From: Candidatus Saccharimonadota bacterium
Lineage (GTDB): Archaea > Micrarchaeota > Micrarchaeia > Micrarchaeales > Micrarchaeaceae
Assembly (NCBI GenBank): GCA_021654395.1
Contig: AP024486.1
Coordinates: 30,001 to 62,000 of the forward strand
Length of the DNA stretch: 32,000 bases
Reading direction: 5' to 3'
In this document: positions 9,045 to 17,220 of the stretch, in pieces
How positions within the stretch are numbered: position 1 is the first letter of the stretch
Layout: every line of letters starts with the position of its first letter
Notes under the pieces: model-generated
The model's database searches: none
Told to the model about the DNA's origin: nothing
Seen by the model: the letters and a program-made list of their open reading frames with translations, nothing else
Position numbers and translations under genes: made by a program

Positions 9045-10310
9045 ATGCCAGAGAACTTAGATCCATTTGTAATAGCACAGCAGCAGCTAGATGAGGCTGC
9101 AGAGATAATGAATCTAGATAAGGCAGCGCATGCAATACTAAGAGAACCTAAAAGAGTAGTAGAGGTAAACTTTCCAGTAAGACTTAGCAATGGAGAGGTT
9201 AAGACATTTAAAGGATTTAGAGTCTTGTATAATGATGCAAGAGGCCCAGGAAAAGGAGGTATAAGATATCATCCGCAAGAGACATTAAGCACAGTTAAAG
9301 CATTAGCAGCTTGGATGACATGGAAGACCTCTTTAGCCAATATACCTTATGGAGGAGCAAAAGGAGGTATAATATGTGATCCTAAGACAATGAATGATAG
9401 AGATCTAGAGGCATTATCAAGAGCATATATTAGAGCATTGCATGATCTTGTAGGAGATGATGTAGATATTCCAGCTCCAGATGTGTATACAACGCCACAG
9501 ATAATGGCTTGGATGTTTGATGAGTATTCAGCATTAAAAGGAAAGAATAAGTTTGGAATGATCACAGGAAAGCCATTAGAGGTTTGGGGATCAGAAGGAA
9601 GATTTGATTCAACTGCTATGGGAGGGATGTATGTATTAAGAGAGGCAGCAGCATATAAGAAGATAGATCTAAAGAAAGCAAAGATAGCCATACAAGGATT
9701 CGGAAATGCAGGGAACTTCGCATTTAGCTTGGCTAAGAAGCTATTTAATGCAAATATAGTTGCAGTAAGCGATTCAAAGGGCGGAATATATAACGAGAAA
9801 GGATTAGATTACGAGAAAGTAAAAGAGGCAAAAGACAAGACAGGATCTGTTCAAGGCTATGAGGATGCACAAAAGATAACAAATGAAGAGCTACTAGAGC
9901 TAGACGTTGATATACTTATACCTGCAGCTATAGAGAATCAGATTAGACAGGATAATGCTGATAAGATAAAGGCTAAGATTGTACTAGAGCTTGCTAACGG
10001 CCCAGTAACACCAGCTGCGGATAAGATACTATATGAGAGAGGCATACTAGATCTGCCAGACTTCTTAGTTAACTCTGGTGGAGTAATAGTATCTTACTTC
10101 GAATGGGTTCAGAATATAAACGGATACTACTGGAAGCTAGATGAGGTATATAGTAGACTAGATGAGATAATATCTAGATCATTCCATGATACGATGAATA
10201 CACAGAAGGAGTATGCAGACAAAGGAAAGAAGATAACTCCAAGAAATGCTGCTTATATAATAGCAGTAAGCAGAGTTGCTGCAGCAATGAAAGCAAGAGG
10301 CTGGTACTAA
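9045..10310 (+). CDS. gdhA: Glutamate dehydrogenase (Glu/Leu/Phe/Val dehydrogenase family)
   Basis: [40 protein letters not shown] is the catalytic-lysine region. The dinucleotide fold motif is GFGNAGN. Length is 421 aa. Confidence 0.95.
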   Translation: MPENLDPFVIAQQQLDEAAEIMNLDKAAHAILREPKRVVEVNFPVRLSNGEVKTFKGFRVLYNDARGPGKGGIRYHPQETLSTVKALAAWMTWKTSLANIPYGGAKGGIICDPKTMNDRDLEALSRAYIRALHDLVGDDVDIPAPDVYTTPQIMAWMFDEYSALKGKNKFGMITGKPLEVWGSEGRFDSTAMGGMYVLREAAAYKKIDLKKAKIAIQGFGNAGNFAFSLAKKLFNANIVAVSDSKGGIYNEKGLDYEKVKEAKDKTGSVQGYEDAQKITNEELLELDVDILIPAAIENQIRQDNADKIKAKIVLELANGPVTPAADKILYERGILDLPDFLVNSGGVIVSYFEWVQNINGYYWKLDEVYSRLDEIISRSFHDTMNTQKEYADKGKKITPRNAAYIIAVSRVAAAMKARGWY

Positions 10311-10325
10311 TAACTTGTTGGATCG

Positions 10326-10341
10326 TTTTTACTTTTATTTT
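10326..10341 (+). terminator. Oligo-T tract, candidate archaeal terminator after gdhA
   Basis: TTTTTACTTTTATTTT starts 16 nt after the gdhA stop, in a convergent gap. Confidence 0.4.
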
Positions 10342-10396
10342 ATATCTTACTACTTCTGAAAGTTAAATTAGCTTGTCATTTGTTATTATTGCAAAT

Positions 10397-11056
10397 TTAT
10401 CCTACTGATTTATATGTTATTCTGCCTACTTGTATTAGTATACATGATGTATTTACAGCGTATGCTGTTCCTATCTGCTTACATGTAGGTTTTGAGCAGC
10501 CTGTATTTGGACTACAAGCAATCGGTGCTATAGAACATGTGCTGTTTATCTCGTATATAGGAGATAATTTTATGCATTCTCCTTTATGATCTGCAGTATA
10601 ATTTAAAGAATAAGCGACCCATAGATATGCAGATACTGCTGTTCCTGCTGGTGCAAAGTAGTATGCTTGTGTTGTTGCATTAGAAATCTTTATTGCTAAT
10701 ACAATACTCGTTAAGTTATCATCTTGAAGATAAGAGAGGTTATACATCGGATATCCTTCAATATTCTCATAGTATGTAAAGTTCTGCATTGGTGTTAAGA
10801 AGAATGTTGGAGCGTACCATGTTGATCCTGTATTCTGTGCAAAGCTTGTTATTAATATTGAAGTTGTTGTTGGTGTTAATCCTGAGCACAAGAACTGTGA
10901 TGTTACTATACAGCTATTTCCTGTAAATGTGCCTGGGTTGAATACTCCTAATAGTACTAATGCTATTAGAACTACTGCTATTATCAAGAATGCCCAACCG
11001 TATGTCATAAGGTACTCCATTGCTGATTGTAGTCTAAAACTCTTATTAGTTAGCAT
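10397..11056 (-). CDS. Archaeal type IV pilin-like protein (class III signal peptide), paralog 2
   Basis: MLTNKSFRLQSAMEYLMTYGWAFLII... The first ~95 residues and the last 15 residues are nearly identical to the 8244-8831 product. The middle differs, and there is an extra Cys-rich insertion near the C-terminus. Confidence 0.75.
   Translation of the reverse strand: MLTNKSFRLQSAMEYLMTYGWAFLIIAVVLIALVLLGVFNPGTFTGNSCIVTSQFLCSGLTPTTTSILITSFAQNTGSTWYAPTFFLTPMQNFTYYENIEGYPMYNLSYLQDDNLTSIVLAIKISNATTQAYYFAPAGTAVSAYLWVAYSLNYTADHKGECIKLSPIYEINSTCSIAPIACSPNTGCSKPTCKQIGTAYAVNTSCILIQVGRITYKSVG
10781..11040. repeat. Direct repeat copy B (~260 bp)
   Basis: Partner of 8541-8800. A second shorter shared block (8372-8440 versus 10618-10686, offset 2246, 2 mismatches) and a diverged 3'-terminal block (8244-8290 versus 10397-10443) give a mosaic pattern. 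Confidence 0.9.
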
Positions 11057-11111
11057 ATAATAACTTTGCTATAAACTTTTTAATAATTTTTCCGTTAGGC
11101 TTATAAAAAGA

Positions 11112-12098
11112 TTATGTAAGTCTTTCTATGATAATATCTGAGCTAAACTTAATTATATCTGAATAATCTTGTCCATTTCCAAGATAGATTATAGGCTTTG
11201 CTAAAGAATAAGCTAATGATATTAAGCTGCCGCCTTTTGTATCAGTATCTATCTTTGTAAGTATTAAAGCATCTATTCTTATAAACTTACTAAATTCCGA
11301 GACTGCATTAACAATATCTGAAGATGCTGTTGCTTCTCCTACATATACTGTTAGATCCGGCTTACTTATTCTGTATATCTTGTTTAACTCATTAAGAAGA
11401 TTCTTGTTTGTATCTTGTCTACCAGCAGTATCTATTAAGACAGCATCTATACCGTGAGCTCTAGCGTAGTTTATAGCATCGAATGCAACGCTAGCAGGAT
11501 CTGCATTATAACCTTTCTTAATAAGCTTTATCTGTAGCGCATTTGCATGCTGCTCTAACTGCTCTATAGCTGCTGCTCTAAATGTATCACTTGCTGATAT
11601 AACAGAGGATATACCATCACTCTTAAGCATATGTGCTACCTTTGCTATAGTTGTTGTCTTTCCTGCACCGTTAGGCCCTAGAAATAGTATCACATATGGC
11701 TTCTCTTTCTTATCCTTTATAAGCCTTAATATATCTATATCTGACTCTGCCTTACTTAATATCTCTCTTATCTTACTCTTTACAATAGAGTATAAGCTCT
11801 CTTCTATATTGTCTGATTCAATATCATTACTTTCTAGATAGCTCTTTACAGAGTTAACTATATGCTCTGCAGCATCATAGCTGACATCTGCCTCTAGCAG
11901 AGATATCATAAGCTTTGATGCGAAGTCCGCTATCTCATTACTGCTAAGCCTTATCTTGCTCTTTATAGACTTAACTATCTTTGTCTTTAATGATAGCTTA
12001 ATACTTTCTGAATCTTTATTAAGATCCTTTGACTCTTCATCCTTCTTAAATGACTCTATTGCCTCCTTTATCTTATTCTTTAATAGGTTGAACATCAC
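11112..12098 (-). CDS. ftsY: Signal recognition particle receptor FtsY
   Basis: SRP-GTPase motifs are present: GPNGAGKTTTIAKVA (G1), DTAGR (G3) and TKIDTDTKGG (G4/closing loop). An acidic/basic N-terminal A-domain is also present. An ATG at 12093-12095 overlapping the pfdA TGA by 1 nt is as plausible as the GTG at 12096-12098. Confidence 0.95.
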   Translation of the reverse strand: MMFNLLKNKIKEAIESFKKDEESKDLNKDSESIKLSLKTKIVKSIKSKIRLSSNEIADFASKLMISLLEADVSYDAAEHIVNSVKSYLESNDIESDNIEESLYSIVKSKIREILSKAESDIDILRLIKDKKEKPYVILFLGPNGAGKTTTIAKVAHMLKSDGISSVISASDTFRAAAIEQLEQHANALQIKLIKKGYNADPASVAFDAINYARAHGIDAVLIDTAGRQDTNKNLLNELNKIYRISKPDLTVYVGEATASSDIVNAVSEFSKFIRIDALILTKIDTDTKGGSLISLAYSLAKPIIYLGNGQDYSDIIKFSSDIIIERLT

Positions 12099-12529
12099 TT
12101 ATTCACTAGCTGCCTAAGCTTAAGATCTATATAGCTTAGAGCCTCTTCAAGCTCCTTCTTGCTCTTGCTTAGCTTCTCTATAGAGCTCTTTACATCCTTT
12201 TCATCTTCCTCAAGCTTCTTCAAAAGATCTTCCTTATTCATCTCGATAAAGTAACCGCTTCCTAGATTATAAAGTATCTTATTATCTACTATCTTTATAT
12301 TTATCATTATCTTGTTATCTATTGGCATAAGTATGGCTTTATCATAATCCTTAAGTGTATCTATACTCTTAACAGTCTCTTTTATAGACTTAATGCTATT
12401 CAGCTCTGTTATAAGCCTATCTACCTGCCTTACAACTAGCTCATACTGGGCCTTATACTGCTCTCCTATATATGCTAACGCCTCTGGATTGCTCTCTATC
12501 TTATTAAGATCATTATCCATATAGATCAC
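12095..12529 (-). CDS. pfdA: Prefoldin alpha subunit
   Basis: Two long heptad helices flank a beta-hairpin segment (AILMPIDNKIMINIKIVDNKILYNLGSGYFIE). The gene occupies the conserved position between aIF6 and ftsY. The true start may be the ATG at 12518-12520, preceded by GTGATC. Confidence 0.75.
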   Translation of the reverse strand: MIYMDNDLNKIESNPEALAYIGEQYKAQYELVVRQVDRLITELNSIKSIKETVKSIDTLKDYDKAILMPIDNKIMINIKIVDNKILYNLGSGYFIEMNKEDLLKKLEEDEKDVKSSIEKLSKSKKELEEALSYIDLKLRQLVNK

Positions 12530-13188
12530 TAATCAAATGCCTCAAGAATCTTAGCTACTTCGTAGCCTGTTGTTGATCTTCCTATAATAATATGATTAGT
12601 ATTAATTAATAAAGATAGCCCCAGACTAAAGCTACCGCCATTAGAGCTTGCTCTTACAGGATCTAGACCATAGCTCTTAAGTATCTCTATATCGCTATCT
12701 GTTGCAGTATTATTTACAACAATATTCTTATTATTAAGTAGATTCGTTGCGCCAACTGTCTTGAATCTGCCTATACGCATGCTTATTACCTCCGTATCTA
12801 ATGCATCAGCAATAGCCCTCCTTGATCTCTCATTATAGCTAGGATTCACTATTGCTATCTTATCATTCGCTAGTATATTTGCGCCTACAGCATTTATCTT
12901 ACTATCTAGAATAGAGACGTTTATGCTTAGCTCTCTCTTTAGCTGATTGTATATCTCATCATCTATTATATTAGATAGTATTAAGCCGTTATTATTCATC
13001 TTAGAGAATAGGCCAAAGAAATCAGTATCTGCATTAACAGATAAGATATTAACAGACATGTCTTCAGCTATACTGTTAGCTATCTTCTGATTAATAGAGC
13101 TAGATACTATCGCTATGCTATCATTTACAGCAGTCAATGCACCTATAAAATCAGCATCCGGTAGATCTAATCTATGTATATCTATCAT
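12529..13188 (-). CDS. eif6: Translation initiation factor 6 (aIF6)
   Basis: The 219-aa protein has the five-fold repeated pentein pattern: FIGALTAVNDSIAIV, NNNGLIL, AVGANILANDKIAIV, TVGATNLLNNKNIVV, and SLGLSLLINTNHIIIGRSTTGYE. Confidence 0.85.
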   Translation of the reverse strand: MIDIHRLDLPDADFIGALTAVNDSIAIVSSSINQKIANSIAEDMSVNILSVNADTDFFGLFSKMNNNGLILSNIIDDEIYNQLKRELSINVSILDSKINAVGANILANDKIAIVNPSYNERSRRAIADALDTEVISMRIGRFKTVGATNLLNNKNIVVNNTATDSDIEILKSYGLDPVRASSNGGSFSLGLSLLINTNHIIIGRSTTGYEVAKILEAFD

Positions 13189-13634
13189 TCTTTCTCATTC
13201 TCTGAGGCCTTCTTATTGCTATCTTCAGCTTCTTTAACCTCTTCCTTATTTTTTATATTGTCTGCTTTCTTCTCCTTGCTCTCTGGCTTCTCTGCAGCCT
13301 TTGCTTCCTTATCCTCATTAGACTGCTTCTGCTTATTCTCCTTTGAGATCTTACTCTGATTATCTCTTTCAGCCTTTATTATGTTGAATCTATCTAAAGA
13401 GTAGACATTTGCTTTATTATTATCATACTCTATAGCTATGCTTATCTTGCTCATCGTCTTAAAGTACTGATTAGCTATTCTCTTGTTTAGCTCCGGATCT
13501 ATCTTTATCTCTGATGCTTTTGTTGCTTTATATACCTGCTCTCTTAAGTATCTTATAGCTTTATTTCTTCTTTTAGTTCTAGGCTGCTTAGATAAGTATC
13601 CTCTTAGATTTATATTCATAACTTTCTCTTGCAT
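13185..13634 (-). CDS. rpl31e: Ribosomal protein eL31 with a long Lys/Glu-rich C-terminal tail
   Basis: The N-terminal ~85 aa (INLRGYLSKQPRTKRRNKAIRYLREQVYK...IKIDPELNKRI) match the eL31 pattern. About 65 low-complexity residues follow. The ATGA overlaps the aIF6 start. Confidence 0.8.
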   Translation of the reverse strand: MQEKVMNINLRGYLSKQPRTKRRNKAIRYLREQVYKATKASEIKIDPELNKRIANQYFKTMSKISIAIEYDNNKANVYSLDRFNIIKAERDNQSKISKENKQKQSNEDKEAKAAEKPESKEKKADNIKNKEEVKEAEDSNKKASENEKE

Positions 13635-13640
13635 ATAGCA

Positions 13641-13778
13641 TCACTTCTTTCTTCTACCTTCATTAAAGGTTGCTCTTCTGTGTGTTCTTAACCATATAAA
13701 CACAGGTAGTCTTTTACCATATGCATTAAGATATAGCTTCCTTAAGCTTCTCTTCTTACTTAGATCCTTCTTTGACAT
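13641..13778 (-). CDS. rpl39e: Ribosomal protein eL39 (45 aa; below the ORF-track size cutoff)
   Basis: Hand translation of the minus strand gives MSKKDLSKKRSLRKLYLNAYGKRLPVFIWLRTHRRATFNEGRRKK followed by TGA. The protein is highly basic, has an RxPxFIWLRTxRR core like eL39, and sits in the canonical position upstream of eL31. Confidence 0.75.
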   Translation of the reverse strand: MSKKDLSKKRSLRKLYLNAYGKRLPVFIWLRTHRRATFNEGRRKK

Positions 13779-13783
13779 AACAC

Positions 13784-14083
13784 TCACTTTCTCTTAAACT
13801 CTATCTTAGGCTCTGGCTTAAATGTAAGCTGAGATAATAGCCTTAAAAGATACTGCTCTGTTATCTTTGAAGTTATTCTACCAGCCTGATAAAGCTGCAG
13901 TATAAGATTTACAACCTTTGAGTAGAGCTCTGGATTTGCTATTGCTATATTTGATAATCTATCATATGCATTAATATCCATTATCTGCCTTAGTATAGCC
14001 TTTATCTGCCTCTCTCTTTGGATCCTCTCTAGCTGCTCATTAAGCTTCTTTTGTAATTCTTCATCATTATCTTCATTATTCAT
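13784..14083 (-). CDS. PDCD5/TFAR19-like double-stranded DNA-binding protein
   Basis: The 99-aa protein contains KAILRQIMDINAYDRLSNIAIANPELYSKVVNLILQLYQAGRI, typical of the archaeal PDCD5-related family. It is commonly adjacent to eS19. Confidence 0.8.
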   Translation of the reverse strand: MNNEDNDEELQKKLNEQLERIQRERQIKAILRQIMDINAYDRLSNIAIANPELYSKVVNLILQLYQAGRITSKITEQYLLRLLSQLTFKPEPKIEFKRK

Positions 14084-14514
14084 TGCTTTGCACCACGAGC
14101 TATTAAGGCAGATTCTTTTAATAGAGCAGCGCCTTTAGCTGTTATCTTTCTACCTTCCTTTGTTTTCTCTACTAGACCTGCCTTCTCTAGCTGCTGAAGT
14201 ATTCTTCTTATTATACTACCAGATGCTTTCACATGGTGCATTCTGTGAACAACATGAGCCTTCTTATTACCATATATAGATCTAAATCTTGATACTCCGG
14301 TTGGACCATTTACATATAATCTTCTTAGTATAGATGCTGCCCTTATATACCAGAAGCTATCTGCATCGTTAATAAGTCTCTCCCTGCCTGCTCCTGACTT
14401 AACAAACTTAATATACTCTGGAGCTTTTATAGTATCTATCTCTTTAAGCTTATCTGCAAGCCTTTTTACAAGCTCTGATTGATCAGTATCTAATATATCT
14501 GACATAGTAATCAC
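14080..14514 (-). CDS. rps19e: Ribosomal protein eS19
   Basis: KAPEYIKFVKSGAGRERLINDADSFWYIRAASILRRLYVNGPTGVSRFRSIYGNKK ... GSIIRRILQQLEKAGLVEK is a strong eS19 pattern. Confidence 0.9.
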   Translation of the reverse strand: MITMSDILDTDQSELVKRLADKLKEIDTIKAPEYIKFVKSGAGRERLINDADSFWYIRAASILRRLYVNGPTGVSRFRSIYGNKKAHVVHRMHHVKASGSIIRRILQQLEKAGLVEKTKEGRKITAKGAALLKESALIARGAKQ

Positions 14515-14544
14515 TTTATATTAAATATAATTATAAATATAAAG

Positions 14545-15111
14545 TTATATCTCTTCTGCTATAGGGCATGATGCTAGATAAGAGCTGTTTGCCTCTATAT
14601 ATACTGAAGATGCATATATAGATACATTACTTTTAGTATTGCTAAAGTTTATAAATATATATGGATGCTTAGTGTACTGCTGCATGCATGACTCTGCTGT
14701 TGTATTTACAAGATTTATAGCGCCATAAGTGCCATTTAGACTATAGCTGCACGAAGTGCTATTTATAACATAAAGATATAGATCTTGTGGAAATAGATGG
14801 ACAAGCTGATTCTTTGAACCTGTTATGCTCTCTATTAGAAGTGTCTCGCAGTTTATCTCCTTTGCTAGCTGCGTATAGTTTGAGTAGTATATAACTATGC
14901 TAAGCCTATTTGCAGCATGGTAGCCCTCTATAAACTGAGTTATTGGTACTTGCTGCTTGCTTAAATTATTTATCTTAATGTAGTATACTGCTGTAAATAC
15001 TATAACAGCAATAGCAATTACAGCTATTATCAGTATCTTATTATTAATTCTCTTAATATCCTTCTCAATACTCTGCTCTCTACTCTTATTATCCTCTTGA
15101 CTATTATTCAT
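14545..15111 (-). CDS. N-terminally anchored extracellular protein, sequon- and Cys-containing; unknown function
   Basis: A polar N-terminus is followed by one TM helix (ILIIAVIAIAVIVFTAVYYI). It is the last gene of the envelope block and starts 11 nt after the upstream gene's stop. Confidence 0.55.
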   Translation of the reverse strand: MNNSQEDNKSREQSIEKDIKRINNKILIIAVIAIAVIVFTAVYYIKINNLSKQQVPITQFIEGYHAANRLSIVIYYSNYTQLAKEINCETLLIESITGSKNQLVHLFPQDLYLYVINSTSCSYSLNGTYGAINLVNTTAESCMQQYTKHPYIFINFSNTKSNVSIYASSVYIEANSSYLASCPIAEEI

Positions 15112-15122
15112 AGTATAACACT

Positions 15123-17168
15123 CTACCTTATTGCATCTAGCGCTTCAGAGATATTACATAGCTCTGATGTATTATTATATACTATGAAGCCCTGATTAGC
15201 GTATAATCCTTTATAATAAGCATTAAAGCTCTTACCCTGCTCTACAGTAAGATACGAAAAGTTACTTGAGCTGCATGAGAAGCTCTTATTAGAGTAGCAT
15301 AATCCTGCCTTGTATGTGTATAATGGCTTTATAGAGTTAAGAGTCTCAGTAAGGTTTACTATACATTGATTAGAGCTTAATGTAGATACATTTAACGCAA
15401 TCGCTTTGCTACTCTCTAATCCCTTTATAAATAAGTAGAATGAGTACTCCTTATAAAGGCTGCTTATGTAAAGATATAATACTGCTGCTACTACTATACT
15501 CGCTATTACAAGTATAGTAAATAGCATGTGCCAGTTCCTAACAACCTTCTTTGTTAATGTGATCTTCTTCTTTCTCTTTAGCTTTCTATAAGTAGCTAAG
15601 TAGAATATAACTATTAATACTATTAAAGATATAAAGACTATTGAAGGTATTAGCAGTACAGAAAGAATATTCTTGTAGTATAAGCTTATATCTATATTAT
15701 TCATTATAGCGTTATTAAACTCCGTTATAGCGTATAAAGCTGATGGCGTACTTGTATTTATTAGATTAAAGGCATCTGTATATATTAGAGATAGATTCTT
15801 CGAGATATTTGTTATAGCTGAGTAGCTTATAGGCCTTGAGATTAGAGCGGAGATGTTATCAAATGAGCTCTTTAACGAAGATACCTGCTTACTATTAGGA
15901 GAGGTTAGCTCTGCAAAGAGTACTGCATCCTTTGTCTTATTGTACTCTAGAATTAGACTATTATAAGACTCTGAGTAGTTATTGATCTGATCTATCAATC
16001 TATTAAAAGACTGATTAAAGTTAAATGTAGTATTAGCAAAGCTCTGATTATATCCGCTTTCCACTATAACAGAGTAGCTACTATTAAGACCTTTAAGCAG
16101 AGCTACTAAGCTATCTGAGTATATCTTCTTTGATAGATTCTGATATAGTGATAAAGCATATCTATATCTGCTTGTTGCATTATTTAATACAGTATCATAG
16201 ATCTTAACTCTCTGCTTTATAACAGGGCTTATAAAGTATAATGCATTTATAGATGCATTTACTGCTATTCTATTAATATTACTCTCTGATAATGGCTCCT
16301 TTAAGAGTTGATTTAAAGTATTGTTTATATTATACAATGTTGTATAGTTTATATCGAATGCAGGGCAGTATGATATAGCTATACAGTAATAAGGAGCTGC
16401 GTGTGAGTAGTTTGATGTATTGTTATAGAAGGCTTGTGCGCAGTTGCTTAAAAGAGATTGGTTAAAGTTATAAGGTAATGGCTCTATATAGTTCTGCGGT
16501 AGCTTTATAGACAGCTTTATTATTTTATCAAGAGTCTTAGAGATCAGAGGAAGATTATTTACTATATTATACTGATTTAATGAGTCTACAAGATTGTCAT
16601 AGCTTGTTATATTAGCGGATAGATTATCGCTTTGAGACTCAAATACCATTATGCCATATGCAAATGGCCCGTTTACACCACCAAACTCTTTAAGCTTCGC
16701 ATCACAGAATGGATTTAGACTACAAGACTCACAAGAGTTAGCTACAGTACATGTTAAGCCGTATGATAGTCCTGTCATATTTCTGCATTCTGTTACATTA
16801 GCTAAAGATTGAGATGCAAATATCTGCATCGCATCCTTTAGATAGCTTATTGTAAAGTTACTCGGATAGTACTTCTTTACGTAATAAGGAGCTATTACAT
16901 TATATATGTAATTAGTATTTGTTACAAATGAGATATTCTTTGTCACATTTATTAATATAATATTAGTAGATGATCTATTCAGCTCAACTATATAGTATCT
17001 GTTTCCATATTCAGATATGTTAACAAAGGTACTATTATTAAGTATATAACCAGGGATAAAAGTAGATAGATAGCTCTTTACTTGAAATAATGTATACGAA
17101 TAAGATATATTTAAGAATGATATAAGATATATAGTTACAGCTACTAACGTTAATAGCTTAGTATTCAT
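15123..17168 (-). CDS. Large (681 aa) envelope protein: signal/anchor, ~480-aa sequon-dense ectodomain, TM hairpin, ~100-aa C-terminal ectodomain
   Basis: The N-terminal hydrophobic segment is LLTLVAVTIYLISFL. Two internal TM helices (ILSVLLIPSIVFISLIVLIVIFYLATY and WHMLFTILVIASIVVAAVLYLYI) are separated by RKLKRKKK. There are dozens of N-x-S/T sites and a clustered Cys motif (CRNMTGLSYGLTCTVANSCESCSLNPFC). Confidence 0.6.
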   Translation of the reverse strand: MNTKLLTLVAVTIYLISFLNISYSYTLFQVKSYLSTFIPGYILNNSTFVNISEYGNRYYIVELNRSSTNIILINVTKNISFVTNTNYIYNVIAPYYVKKYYPSNFTISYLKDAMQIFASQSLANVTECRNMTGLSYGLTCTVANSCESCSLNPFCDAKLKEFGGVNGPFAYGIMVFESQSDNLSANITSYDNLVDSLNQYNIVNNLPLISKTLDKIIKLSIKLPQNYIEPLPYNFNQSLLSNCAQAFYNNTSNYSHAAPYYCIAISYCPAFDINYTTLYNINNTLNQLLKEPLSESNINRIAVNASINALYFISPVIKQRVKIYDTVLNNATSRYRYALSLYQNLSKKIYSDSLVALLKGLNSSYSVIVESGYNQSFANTTFNFNQSFNRLIDQINNYSESYNSLILEYNKTKDAVLFAELTSPNSKQVSSLKSSFDNISALISRPISYSAITNISKNLSLIYTDAFNLINTSTPSALYAITEFNNAIMNNIDISLYYKNILSVLLIPSIVFISLIVLIVIFYLATYRKLKRKKKITLTKKVVRNWHMLFTILVIASIVVAAVLYLYISSLYKEYSFYLFIKGLESSKAIALNVSTLSSNQCIVNLTETLNSIKPLYTYKAGLCYSNKSFSCSSSNFSYLTVEQGKSFNAYYKGLYANQGFIVYNNTSELCNISEALDAIR

Positions 17169-17220
17169 AATTAAGAATAATAGGCTTTAAAGTTTAAAAA
17201 GCTATTCTCAATTTAAATTA

